Source: a virus
Lineage: Duplodnaviria; Caudoviricetes
DNA: 40,219 nucleotides
Virus record (IMG/VR): IMGVR_UViG_3300017766_003255
Span: 1 to 40,219 of that record
Direction: 5' to 3' (one strand)
Shown piece after piece: positions 13,721 through 22,537 of the stretch. The first letter of the stretch is position 1. Each line of letters starts with the position of its first letter. The notes under the pieces are model-generated. The model was not told the DNA's origin. It searched no databases and saw nothing but the letters and a program-made list of their open reading frames with translations. The position numbers and the translations under genes are program-made.

Positions 13721-16029
13721 AGGACAAGCTTCTGGCCGTTGCTGCGTCGACACTGGTCGCCGTTTCTGGCGCGGATGAGTGTGCCGGCGATCATGGTGTC
13801 TGACTTGGTGGGCCGGTCTATTCCGCACTCGATCAGCACGGTGGATGCCTGCACCCATCGCCACAGTGTGGTTGGCGTGTTCCAGTCCAGCGATTCAAGC
13901 AGGCGCTCCTCCACGGGATCCACAGCCATGAAGTCGGTGTTGTGTGCGTTGAGCGCGTCCATCTCCTGCGCGCTGAGGTAGTAGCCCTCGCCTGACTTCC
14001 ACAGCGCGTAGACCTCAGCCCAGACCTGCTGCATGTCCAGCCCGTGGTCGTGGTTGATGTGCTGGCACTCGATGGTCCAGAAGCGGCGGTTGCCGGTTGA
14101 GTCGTGCAGGAACTCGCGTGGGTTGACGCTGCCGAAGAACAGGGTGCGCCGTGGGAAGCGCGACTCTCTGCGGGCGTAGGCGAGCCTGAGCACGTCGACC
14201 TGTTTGGTGATGAATGCCTTCAGCTGCGCGATGTCAGACTTGCGGAAGGTGCTGTCCAGCTCGCCCAGCTCTACCAGCCAGTAGCTGGTGCATTGCTTCA
14301 CGCTGTCCTTGTCGTCTGGCTTGAGGATCATGCCCTCCTGAATCAAGTCCAGCTCAGCAGGCACGAGCGTCTTGAACCACTGAGTCTTGCCCAGATACTG
14401 GGCCCCCTGCAGCGTCAGCACGCCCGGTGCGCTGATGCCGTTGGGCATGTAGGCGGCAGCGACTGCGGCGATCATCCAGCGCTTGATCAGCGTGTCCTTC
14501 ATCGCAGCGTCGCCCTTGGCCGTGATGGTGTTGCACAGCGCCTGCAGGCGCGGCTGCCTGTCCCACGGCTTGGACCCCACCCACGCCACCACAGGGTTGA
14601 ACTGTGTGCCCTCGGCGAGGTAGGTGATGAAGTCGGTGATGCGGTCTGTGGGGAACTTGAACAGGCTGCACTCGCTCGTCAACCACGCCAGTGAGGCGTT
14701 GGCTTCGTTGTCCATCGTGTAGCTTTCGCCGGGTATAATAATCTCCTCGGACTTCTTTATTACATTGTACCGAATCACCACGCCAAGCCTGCTGCAGATC
14801 TCCCGCAGGTTGTCTATGTGACGCAGCGGCCTGAGCTTGTCGTCGGTCCATAGCAGAGGGCTGTGATGATCGCCGTGCTGCTGCTGAGGGGCTGGGGCGG
14901 CAACGCCTTGAGTGGCCGGCTGCTGCTGCGGGGCGCGCGCCGACGTATTGCCCTGCACTGGGGACGGTGCGATACCGAGCAGGGACGCAGCAGCCTTGAC
15001 TGCCGCTCGCAGGTCGCCGCCGTGCTCGTAGTGCGAGTACAGGTCGAAGGCGTTGACGGGGCGCCCAGTCTCCTCGCTGCACAGCGGATCTGATGCGTGA
15101 TGTATCCAGCACGAGTTGCCGTCCGGGAATAATATTACACCCGGCAGCCCAGAGTGACTGTGCGGTGACAGGTAGCGGCTGGTGCCCTTGCGCTGGTATC
15201 CGTACTGCTCGAGCATGGACACCAGATCATGCGCGTCCGTGAAGGCATCGATGACACTGCCCCTGACGACGGATGACGTGTCGACCTTCTTCTTCAGCTG
15301 CGCGATCGGCGCCTTCTCGGCTGGCAGCCACGGGCACATGGCCTTGACCTGCGGCTTGAAGCGCTCCCAATCCCTCCACATCGCCAGCAGCCAATGCGGT
15401 GGCTCGGGCCACTGGTCGGTGGGCTGCACGAGCCAGCGATACGGCTGCCCGGTGTCTGGGTGTATCGACGGAGGGAGCACGTCCTGCCTCTGCTTGCCGT
15501 CACAGCCTGAGCGCAGCTCGAAGACGGTGTATCGGGCCCACCTCTGCGCGACTGCACGGATGCGCAGCTCACGCTCGGTGTCCCCGGCACCCTTGGCAGC
15601 AGCTGCAGCAGCCAGCGCTGCCTTGTGCTTGTCACCGGTCGGATCGTTGCGGGACGGCCAGTCCAGCTTGTGGTAGCCCAGATCCGTGTCCGCCGGCACA
15701 CGGAACGTCACGCGCCTGCCCTTGCTGCGACCTTGGATTACGGGGTAGGCCTCGAGCGATGACGGATCTATGCCGTACTCGTCGCAGATGTGGGCGAAGG
15801 ATGCGTCGCAGTCGATGTCGAGCGAGCAGATGCGCGATGGTCCCAGCGCCACGCCCATGTTCCAGTCGGGGTGTTTATCCCAGAACTGTTCTGCTGCCAC
15901 CGGGTCGCTGATGGTGTTGTTGCCCCAGTCGGATGATCTTGGGAACTTTCGGCTGGGCTCTATCGGCACCAGATGCATGCCGAAGCGCTCAGTGTATCGG
16001 CGAGCGTACCAACTGATCGGCTTACTCAT
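13693..16029 (-). CDS. primase-helicase: N-terminal bifunctional primase/polymerase (Prim-Pol) domain plus C-terminal VapE/VirE-like P-loop helicase
   Basis: N-terminal LVPIEP..K.P...W..HPDWNMGVALG....LDID and VLPPSIHPDTGQPYRW; C-terminal LQGAQYLGKT, VELGELD, LKAFIT and TGNRRFW. Likely start at 16029 (MSKPISW), overlapping the upstream stop. Confidence 0.9.
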   Translation of the reverse strand: MSKPISWYARRYTERFGMHLVPIEPSRKFPRSSDWGNNTISDPVAAEQFWDKHPDWNMGVALGPSRICSLDIDCDASFAHICDEYGIDPSSLEAYPVIQGRSKGRRVTFRVPADTDLGYHKLDWPSRNDPTGDKHKAALAAAAAAKGAGDTERELRIRAVAQRWARYTVFELRSGCDGKQRQDVLPPSIHPDTGQPYRWLVQPTDQWPEPPHWLLAMWRDWERFKPQVKAMCPWLPAEKAPIAQLKKKVDTSSVVRGSVIDAFTDAHDLVSMLEQYGYQRKGTSRYLSPHSHSGLPGVILFPDGNSCWIHHASDPLCSEETGRPVNAFDLYSHYEHGGDLRAAVKAAASLLGIAPSPVQGNTSARAPQQQPATQGVAAPAPQQQHGDHHSPLLWTDDKLRPLRHIDNLREICSRLGVVIRYNVIKKSEEIIIPGESYTMDNEANASLAWLTSECSLFKFPTDRITDFITYLAEGTQFNPVVAWVGSKPWDRQPRLQALCNTITAKGDAAMKDTLIKRWMIAAVAAAYMPNGISAPGVLTLQGAQYLGKTQWFKTLVPAELDLIQEGMILKPDDKDSVKQCTSYWLVELGELDSTFRKSDIAQLKAFITKQVDVLRLAYARRESRFPRRTLFFGSVNPREFLHDSTGNRRFWTIECQHINHDHGLDMQQVWAEVYALWKSGEGYYLSAQEMDALNAHNTDFMAVDPVEERLLESLDWNTPTTLWRWVQASTVLIECGIDRPTKSDTMIAGTLIRARNGDQCRRSNGQKLVLCPPKAFRK

Positions 16030-16228
16030 GATGAGCGCCTCTCTCGATGTAGCTGTGGATCGTGGCGTCGGCTGGGATGTCGTCAGGCTTGAGCCAGAGC
16101 TTGCCGCCGTGCTGCTCGAGCTTGATGCACTCAAGGCAGTCGAGGCACTGGGCGCCGAAGTGCAGAGCACCAGTGGAGATTTTGCGCCGGCAGTATTGCC
16201 ACCGCTGATGCGGACAGGGGGATGTCAT
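16022..16228 (-). CDS. small Cys/His-rich, possibly Zn-binding protein (68 aa)
   Basis: CPH...QCLDC motif; GAGGTG RBS upstream of ATG 16228; stop overlaps the primase start. Confidence 0.7.
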   Translation of the reverse strand: MTSPCPHQRWQYCRRKISTGALHFGAQCLDCLECIKLEQHGGKLWLKPDDIPADATIHSYIERGAHHE

Positions 16229-16264
16229 AGTCACCTCACAGGGTTAAGGGCCGCAGCCCGTGAT

Positions 16265-16612
16265 TTATTGTTTGAGCAAAGCCAGCGCCTCGTCGACGCT
16301 CCTTGCAACGCCAGCAATCCCGCCAGCTTCTTGTGCAACTTTCAGGAACACTTCCTGCTCGGGGCGCAAGCGACCGGTGTCAGTCTTTACCTCGACAGCA
16401 AGGAATCGCCCGTCAGGAGCGATCCCGATGATATCAGCGCCACCCTTGGTCAGGCCAGCCTGAATCATGCGCGCGTCGGCCAGCGTAACCGTGTCGCCAA
16501 CGCGGTATATCGTCTTGCCAACCCACGCGCCAGCGGTCTCGCAGCGCCAGACCTTGCAGCCAGCCTTAGAAAGCGCGAGCAGAATCAGGGACTGAAGCTG
16601 TGATTCTTTCAT
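16265..16612 (-). CDS. VRR-NUC domain (PD-(D/E)XK) nuclease
   Basis: MKESQLQSLI..., GGADIIG, FLAVEVKT.TGRLRPEQ..FL...GGIAGVARSVDEA. Confidence 0.9.
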   Translation of the reverse strand: MKESQLQSLILLALSKAGCKVWRCETAGAWVGKTIYRVGDTVTLADARMIQAGLTKGGADIIGIAPDGRFLAVEVKTDTGRLRPEQEVFLKVAQEAGGIAGVARSVDEALALLKQ

Positions 16613-18035
16613 AGTGATCCTTCGCGAGTTTGAATTCTGCAGGAGTGGGTTTGCGTCCCTGCCTCTGAGCATAGACTATCGCAGCCCAAGCGGCTGGGTT
16701 TTTCATTCCGCGACTGACCCCTACGCGCACGAGGTCTGGGAGCTCACGCGCCTTGCCCTGCTCACGACCGCGCTCGCGACGAGCAGCCTCGATGTCGACC
16801 TCCGCCAGCTCTCCGTCGACCTGCTCGATCTTGCGCCCGGTCACGACCAGCAGCACTCCGCACTCTGGGCATGCAGGTGGACCTTTGCGGAAGATGTGGA
16901 AACAGTCTTTGCACTGCTGGATGTGGATGTCAGGATCTTCGTCCTTCGCCGATCGCTTGCGCTTCTTGCGCCCGTCTAGCGACCACTCGCGCACGTCGTC
17001 GGGCAGGCCGTGGCGCTTCCAGTTGTTGACCTGATCGAGAATGACCAGCTCGCCCTTACCCTCTTCCACGCGCAGGCCTCGACCGATCAGCTGCAGGTAG
17101 ACGATGACCGACTGCGTGGGGCGCAGCTGCTGCACTGCCTCGACCGCAGGGATGTCCAGTCCCTCAATGGCGAGCTGGACCGTACACAAGACAAGGGTAT
17201 GCCCCTCCCGGAATCGCGTGAGTGCCGCCTCCCGCTCTGCGTCGGTGTGCGTACCGTCGATGTGTTCTGCGGGGATGCCCGCAGAGTTGTACTGCTCACA
17301 GGTGTGCTCCGAGTGCGCGATCGACACACAGAAGACCATGCAGCGTTTTCCGTCAACATATTGACGGTACGCGCGGATGGCATCACCCGTGATAGTCGGC
17401 CTGTCCATGACCTGCTCGGCTTGCTTGATGTCGTAGTCGCCAGCCTTGGTCTTGACTGAGCTCAGGTCCGGCCCCTCCACGGGAGCCACCAGTCGGTACG
17501 GGGAGAGGAAGCCGTTGCGGATCAGCCACGAAGTGTCCTGCACCTCGACCATGTCCCGGTAGAGCTCACGCAGGCCTCGCCCGTCAGTGCGCTCTGGGGT
17601 CGCTGTCAGCCCGATCACGTATGCATCCGGGCATGCGTCGACGATCTGCTGGTAACTGCCGCTCACGCTGCGGTGACACTCGTCGAAGATGATGACCTTC
17701 GGGCGCTCTGATGCGGGCATAGACTCGATGCGGTTGGCGGCTGTTATGACTGTCGCGATCTGGGCCAGCTGCGGTGACCGGCCCTTGCCAGACATGATCA
17801 TGCCGTGCGCAAGCTTCGCGTCCCAGAGGGCTTTACTGGTCTGATTGCACAGCTCCCGGCGATGCACCACGAACCAGCACCGGTTGCCCTGCTCGACAGC
17901 GCCCTGCATGATCCTGATCGCCATCCGCGTCTTGCCGGCGCCGGTTGGGGCCACGAGGATTGACCTGCGGTGCTGGCGTATCGATTCGCGCAGCCTGCCG
18001 ACGCCCGAGAGCTGGTAGTCACGCAGACTGATCAT
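16566..18035 (-). CDS. superfamily 2 (DEAD/DEAH-like) helicase with C-terminal Zn ribbon
   Basis: LRDYQ, APTGAGKT, DECH, LTATP, EGLDIP, QLIGRGLR, CKDC..CPECG. Confidence 0.93.
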   Translation of the reverse strand: MISLRDYQLSGVGRLRESIRQHRRSILVAPTGAGKTRMAIRIMQGAVEQGNRCWFVVHRRELCNQTSKALWDAKLAHGMIMSGKGRSPQLAQIATVITAANRIESMPASERPKVIIFDECHRSVSGSYQQIVDACPDAYVIGLTATPERTDGRGLRELYRDMVEVQDTSWLIRNGFLSPYRLVAPVEGPDLSSVKTKAGDYDIKQAEQVMDRPTITGDAIRAYRQYVDGKRCMVFCVSIAHSEHTCEQYNSAGIPAEHIDGTHTDAEREAALTRFREGHTLVLCTVQLAIEGLDIPAVEAVQQLRPTQSVIVYLQLIGRGLRVEEGKGELVILDQVNNWKRHGLPDDVREWSLDGRKKRKRSAKDEDPDIHIQQCKDCFHIFRKGPPACPECGVLLVVTGRKIEQVDGELAEVDIEAARRERGREQGKARELPDLVRVGVSRGMKNPAAWAAIVYAQRQGRKPTPAEFKLAKDHYERITASVPDSARAF

Positions 18036-18201
18036 TGCGGTGCTCCAGATAGTCTGACAGGGCCTTCACTGTCTCGTATGTGGGCCGGCTGGTGTCGCTC
18101 ATGAAGCGGTAGATCGTGGCCGCAGCTACCCGCGACCCTTCTGCTACCTTCTGGATATTGCGGTCCCTCAGGGCCTCTCTGACCTGTTCAGGGGTCATCA
18201 T
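18019..18201 (-). CDS. Cro-like helix-turn-helix regulator (60 aa)
   Basis: MMTPEQVREALRDRNIQKVAEGSRVAAATIYRF...PTYETVKALSDYL; first gene of the leftward replication operon. Confidence 0.8.
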   Translation of the reverse strand: MMTPEQVREALRDRNIQKVAEGSRVAAATIYRFMSDTSRPTYETVKALSDYLEHRNDQSA

Positions 18202-18235
18202 CTTTCTCACTCCCGTAAAATAATTTTCGCGTGCG

Positions 18236-18264
18236 TTGACAAGATTACACACAGCGGCTAAAGT
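18236..18264 (+). promoter_or_regulatory. sigma70 promoter (rightward recombination operon)
   Basis: TTGACA-N17-TAAAGT. Confidence 0.7.
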
Positions 18265-18270
18265 TTTCAA
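18242..18270 (-). promoter_or_regulatory. sigma70 promoter (leftward replication operon)
   Basis: Minus strand TTGAAA-N17-TAATCT, overlapping the rightward promoter. Confidence 0.55.
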
Positions 18271-18315
18271 TACCCGGAAGTACTGAAGGGGAAATGGAAC
18301 TGAGGCTGAAAGAAA

Positions 18316-18543
18316 ATGTTTTTAGACATCAAGATAAGCATGACGCTGACAAGCATGCACGAATACCACGGGACTCACGGGGTCATAGTCAAGTTCACTG
18401 CGATCTGCCCAGACGGGGTGCGGCGCAGGGTATACGTGTGCCAGCAGGGCGACAGCGAACAGTACAAATGCTACTGCAAGGGCACGAATTATGAGCAAAT
18501 AATCACCGGGTCAGCTTACCGGGCGCTTTGCGCAGGAAGGTAA
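18316..18543 (+). CDS. hypothetical protein (75 aa)
   Basis: First ORF after the promoter; ends 4 nt before the exonuclease start. Confidence 0.55.
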   Translation: MFLDIKISMTLTSMHEYHGTHGVIVKFTAICPDGVRRRVYVCQQGDSEQYKCYCKGTNYEQIITGSAYRALCAGR

Positions 18544-18547
18544 TCGG

Positions 18548-19396
18548 ATGAAAATCACACCGTATCAAGACTGGCACGGAGAGTTCCCCGCGCTCGTGTC
18601 CGGCATGCCAAACGACAGCTACCACGGGCACTACGCCAGCATCAGCAACAGCGGGTTATCGCTGGTAGACCGCAGCCCAGCCCATTATTACCACGCACCG
18701 CGCAGCACCAGCAGTCGCGCACAAGAAATCGGCACAGCGTTCCACACTGCGCTGCTTGAGCCGGAGCGCTATGCGCTCGAGTACATGGTCGTGGACCAGT
18801 GCGACGACCGGCGCGTCAGCGCATACAAGGAAGCCGCGAAAGTCTACGGCGGCGACAAGACTTTGACGGAGTCAGAGGGCGCGTCCGTGCGCGTTATGCA
18901 GGAGTCTATCCGCGCGAATACTGCGGCAAACGAGGAGCTGTGTAGGCCCGGACACGCAGAGCTGTCTGCGTTCGTCATCGATCCCGAGACAGGCGTACTG
19001 ATGCGCGCCAGATTTGACTGGCTCACAGACGACGGCGTGTGCGTTGACATCAAGAAGACGCAAGACTGTCGCGAGCAGGCTTTCAGCAGGTCACTGCACA
19101 ATTACAGGTATCACGTCCAAGCGGCGATGTACTCGCACGTCTACGAGCTGTTGTTCGGCAAGCCGCTGGCGTCGTTCAAGCTGCTGGCGGTGGAAGAGCA
19201 GCCGCCTTGCGCGAACGTGCTGTACGACATAGATCCCTTGGCAATGCAGCACGGGCACAAGCTGTACCGAGAGGCGCTGCTGGCTTATGCAGCAGCGCAC
19301 GAGTCGGGCGACTGGGGGTCTTATTCTGGAACGGGAGTAATAACACTGCCAGAGTTTGTGCTGGCGGCACTTGATAACGGCGAAGAGGGATATTGA
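18548..19396 (+). CDS. RecE/exonuclease VIII-like PD-(D/E)XK nuclease (DUF3799-like)
   Basis: ISNSGL, GTAFHTALLEP, RARFDW....VDIKKT, YRYHVQAAMY. Confidence 0.88.
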   Translation: MKITPYQDWHGEFPALVSGMPNDSYHGHYASISNSGLSLVDRSPAHYYHAPRSTSSRAQEIGTAFHTALLEPERYALEYMVVDQCDDRRVSAYKEAAKVYGGDKTLTESEGASVRVMQESIRANTAANEELCRPGHAELSAFVIDPETGVLMRARFDWLTDDGVCVDIKKTQDCREQAFSRSLHNYRYHVQAAMYSHVYELLFGKPLASFKLLAVEEQPPCANVLYDIDPLAMQHGHKLYREALLAYAAAHESGDWGSYSGTGVITLPEFVLAALDNGEEGY

Positions 19397-19397
19397 G

Positions 19398-19994
19398 ATG
19401 GCAGACGTAAGCAAGGCGCTGGAAGCGAAGAGCGACCAGCTGAACGCGACAGATATTTTGGGGGCAGAGCCGGTCATCCGGATACGCAGCGTTGATGTCA
19501 AAGGTGCAGAGCAGCCGATCTGGGTGTTTTTCGACGGCGACAACAACAGGCCGTGGAAGCCAAGTAAGGGTATGCTGCGAATCTTGGCAGCCGCATGGGG
19601 GCGCGACAGTGATGCGTGGATTGGAAAGCATGTACAATTGATTTTTGAATCAACAGTCATGTACGCAGGTAAAGAGGTGGGCGGTATTCGCATCAAAGCT
19701 CTGTCTGACATCCCGGCAGCAGGAATCAACTGCGCGCTGACGATCAGCAAGACCAAGCGGGAGCCGTACCATGTACCTTTATTGAAGGTGCAGTCCAAAT
19801 CATACCCTGCGGATAAGTTCGATGCAGCGCTGCCCAAGATGACCGCTGCTATGAAAGAAGGAACCATGACACTGGTGCAGGTAGTCGCGCAGTGCCAGAA
19901 GACCGGACAACTCACACCGGAACAGCTCAAGCAGCTCGAGGCTGCCGCGCCAGTTGAAGTGACTCATGATGATGATAGTGTAGAGGTGTATTGA
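19398..19994 (+). CDS. conserved phage protein in the recombination operon (198 aa), function unknown
   Basis: KSDQLNATD..., PWKPSKGMLRIL..AWG.D...WIGK...GGIRI; sits between the exonuclease and SSB and is translationally coupled. Confidence 0.8.
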   Translation: MADVSKALEAKSDQLNATDILGAEPVIRIRSVDVKGAEQPIWVFFDGDNNRPWKPSKGMLRILAAAWGRDSDAWIGKHVQLIFESTVMYAGKEVGGIRIKALSDIPAAGINCALTISKTKREPYHVPLLKVQSKSYPADKFDAALPKMTAAMKEGTMTLVQVVAQCQKTGQLTPEQLKQLEAAAPVEVTHDDDSVEVY

Positions 19995-20377
19995 TGAACG
20001 TATGTTCTTTTACAGGTAATTTGGGCCGCGATAGCAAGACCAACACGGTCGGCAGCGCGACAGTGTGCAACTTCGCCGTAGCTGTGAAGTCTGGCTTTGG
20101 TGACAAAGAACAGACTCTATGGATCGACTGCGCTCTATGGGGGAAGCAGGCAGAGAGCAAGCTGCCACAATACCTGACCAAAGGCGCGCAGGTAGCGGTC
20201 AGCGGCGAGCTGGGAACGCGCGAGCACGAAGGCAAGACGTACCTGACTTTGCGCGTGTCGTCGATCGGTCTGGTTGGCGGAAAGCGCGACGATGTGCCGG
20301 CGGCATCGCAACCTGTACCAGTGTCCGGCCAGCCCGCTGCAGGGCTTGATAATCTCGACGACGATATTCCGTTCTGA
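19994..20377 (+). CDS. ssb: single-stranded DNA-binding protein
   Basis: GNLGRD, WIDCALWGKQAE, YLTKGAQVAVSGEL, C-terminal DDDIPF. Confidence 0.95.
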   Translation: MNVCSFTGNLGRDSKTNTVGSATVCNFAVAVKSGFGDKEQTLWIDCALWGKQAESKLPQYLTKGAQVAVSGELGTREHEGKTYLTLRVSSIGLVGGKRDDVPAASQPVPVSGQPAAGLDNLDDDIPF

Positions 20378-20396
20378 TCTAAGCAGGAGAGTTTAA

Positions 20397-21239
20397 ATGC
20401 CGACCAAAAAGGAGCGCATGGGGATACTGTTCAACTCTTCCCCAGTGCGAAAAGCAAAGCTCAATCAGCGGCTCGCCACACCTGTAGCGCCGCTGGCGGA
20501 GCAGACAAGAACGGTCACACCGCAGCAGTGGCGCTTCATCCAAGCGCTGGTGGACGGCGACGGGAGCATCACACTGCAGCAAGCGGCTCTCAACGCCGGG
20601 TATACAGAGGCGACAGCAAAAGACGTTGCTTACGTGCTCACGAACCCGAAGCGCAATCCGCACATCATCGCCGCCATCCAAGCTTACCGGCAGGACGTCG
20701 CTGAGAAGTACGGCACGACGATTGACCGGCACATGCGCGACCTGCAGATCATCCGCGACAAGGCGCTCGAGGCCGGCAATTACTCCGCTGCAGTGCAGGC
20801 TGAGTACCGCCGGGGTCAGGCGCTGGGCACGATCTACGTGGAGCGCAAGGAGATCAGGCACGGCACGATCGACACCATGAGTGCGGAGGAAGTGCGCCGG
20901 AAGTTGGAGGAGATCAAAGCCATGTACGGGGACCCTGCTCGAGTGATCGATGTCACGCCCATCGCGGACGAGATTGCGCAGGAGATCCCCGACGACGAGG
21001 ATGATGATGATGATGATGATGAGGACGACGACGTAGAGGACGCAGAGGAAGAACCAGAACCTGAACCAGAACCCGAACCTGAACCAGAACCCGAACCTGA
21101 ACCAGAACCCGAACCTGAACCAGAACCCGAACCTGAACCAGAACCCGAACCAGAGCCAGAACCAGAGCCGGAAGAGCTGACGGTCGCGGCAAAGCTTCTC
21201 GAAAAGATGGCAGCCACGAGGTTGAAAAAGATGAGATGA
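20397..21239 (+). CDS. terS: terminase small subunit-like protein with acidic and (Glu-Pro)n tail
   Basis: [11 protein letters not shown]...[13 protein letters not shown]...L.NP.I..AI HTH pattern, followed by helices ...[26 protein letters not shown], typical of phage TerS. Confidence 0.75.
21000..21170 (+). repeat. coding microsatellites: (GAT)7 and 20 x 6-bp Glu-Pro units with an 18-bp higher-order repeat
   Basis: GAT x7 at 21000-21020. GARCCN x20 at 21051-21170, including four exact copies of GAACCAGAACCCGAACCT at 21063-21134. Confidence 0.95.
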
Positions 21240-21559
21240 GTACAGTCACTGAGACAGAAGTTCCAGCAAAAAAACCGCGCAAGGCGCGAAGGGCTCGCAG
21301 GGTCCCTCCGCCCAAGCGAGAGTTCAATTTTGTGAAAAAGCACCACACGGCGGTTTTGTTGCGACCCGAGCACTACTTCATGTTGCGCGAGCTGGCCGAC
21401 CTTTACGAAACGCCCCTCACGCGCTTGGCAGGAGCTCTCGTCGTGCGCGAGTACTGCAAAGTGCTCGCAGAGACCGACCCCGTCGGCGCCGCCGAGATCA
21501 CACGGCTCTACGCTGAAGACGAGAAGTACCGCGAGTACGTCACCCAGCTCACCATGTAG
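21236..21559 (+). CDS. hypothetical protein, possible ribbon-helix-helix DNA-binding protein (107 aa)
   Basis: ATGA overlap with terS; basic N-terminus followed by [28 protein letters not shown]. Confidence 0.7.
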
Positions 21560-21582
21560 CCCCCGCTTGGGGGCTGTTCTTC
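21558..21582 (+). terminator. probable intrinsic terminator
   Basis: AGCCCCC-GCTT-GGGGGCT hairpin at the end of the operon, followed by a weak T-rich tail (GTTCTTC). Confidence 0.55.
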
Positions 21583-21638
21583 GATACACAAAACAAATCA
21601 GAACGCTGCTATTTATATAAACGATTGCTTAAATTGTG

Positions 21639-21667
21639 TTTACATTTAACACGTCCTTGGATATTAT
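21639..21667 (+). promoter_or_regulatory. sigma70 early promoter
   Basis: TTTACA-N17-TATTAT with an AT-rich upstream region. Confidence 0.7.
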
Positions 21668-21713
21668 GCATTCCAGTTCCGCAATAAGGCGGACGGCGAA
21701 AAGGGGTGGCAAG

Positions 21714-22082
21714 ATGTTTAAGGTAGCAGCAGTCAGCGATTTGTACGAAGCCGGACGCACAAACGACGGCACACAGTTTTCGGCAGAAGGCTTTTATGTG
21801 GTTGTGGAGAATGGCGCTGGTCGTCGCTGGGCATCTTACGACTTTTTCAAGGGTGCTGAGGTTGTGGTGGACGAAGAAGGTTTTGTGTTCTTTCCAGACG
21901 TGCGCGAAGAAGCGTCAGCTGCAGCCGAGGCTCTGGCCGCCGCGACAAAGAAAGTTCTGGCATCAGGCGGAAAGCTGTCACTGGAGGATTGGTATCAGAT
22001 TGATCCCGCTTACGGCTCTCGCGCTTATCAAGCAGACGGCATCGAATTGATCCGCGCTTACGAAGATCGTTACGCAGCTTAA
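21714..22082 (+). CDS. hypothetical early protein (122 aa)
   Basis: ATG at 21714 after a purine-rich RBS; MFKVAAVSDLYEAGRTNDG...DPAYGSRAYQ. Confidence 0.75.
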   Translation: MFKVAAVSDLYEAGRTNDGTQFSAEGFYVVVENGAGRRWASYDFFKGAEVVVDEEGFVFFPDVREEASAAAEALAAATKKVLASGGKLSLEDWYQIDPAYGSRAYQADGIELIRAYEDRYAA

Positions 22083-22123
22083 TCAAACCACCGCCAAGGA
22101 TGGCGACAAATAGGAGAACAAGC

Positions 22124-22348
22124 ATGGTCACGATAAGCACAGCAAAAAAGATTTTAGGAAAGCGCATAAAGTGGGTTGAGGAAATCAGCGCCGACTCTGA
22201 AGTAATCGAGGTCGTGCTCAAGGCGGGATATCAAAACATCCCGCAGCGCGAGACGGTTCACGTCTTCGGGCTTGATCGAGACTGCTCGATCTCGGAGTAC
22301 AAACAAGATTTAGAGTACTGGCTTGAAGGAGTCCAGCCGGTAATTTAA
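22124..22348 (+). CDS. hypothetical protein (74 aa)
   Basis: AGGAGA RBS at 22112-22117 before ATG 22124. Confidence 0.7.
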   Translation: MVTISTAKKILGKRIKWVEEISADSEVIEVVLKAGYQNIPQRETVHVFGLDRDCSISEYKQDLEYWLEGVQPVI

Positions 22349-22387
22349 CAACTACCGCCATGCATGGCGCAAACAAGGGGAAAGAAC

Positions 22388-22537
22388 ATGAATCAACAAG
22401 AACAGCATCAGCACCTCGCGGCAATCGCCGCCACGATCGGAGGCACGATCGAGGAGGCCAAGAAATTGTCGGATGCGATGTCCGCCTTTTTTGGTCCTGC
22501 TCAGAGCGAACAACAAAAACAGGAAGGTAAAAAATGA
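22388..22537 (+). CDS. hypothetical protein (49 aa; below the ORF-track cutoff)
   Basis: MNQQEQHQHLAAIAATIGGTIEEAKKLSDAMSAFFGPAQSEQQKQEGKK; AAGGGG RBS and ATGA overlap with the next gene. Confidence 0.6.
   Translation: MNQQEQHQHLAAIAATIGGTIEEAKKLSDAMSAFFGPAQSEQQKQEGKK

Noticed and set aside
16030-16170. N-terminal extension of the primase ORF given by the ORF track
   Set aside because: Ser-rich and overlaps a better-supported 68-aa gene. The Prim-Pol domain starts at ATG 16029.
21051-21170. Repeat array as a possible CRISPR
   Set aside because: Contiguous 6/18-bp tandem units with no spacers, in frame within a CDS.
20834-21589. 251-aa minus-strand ORF with a (GS)n/poly-Ser tract
   Set aside because: It is the antisense reading of the Glu-Pro and Asp repeats in the TerS-like gene.
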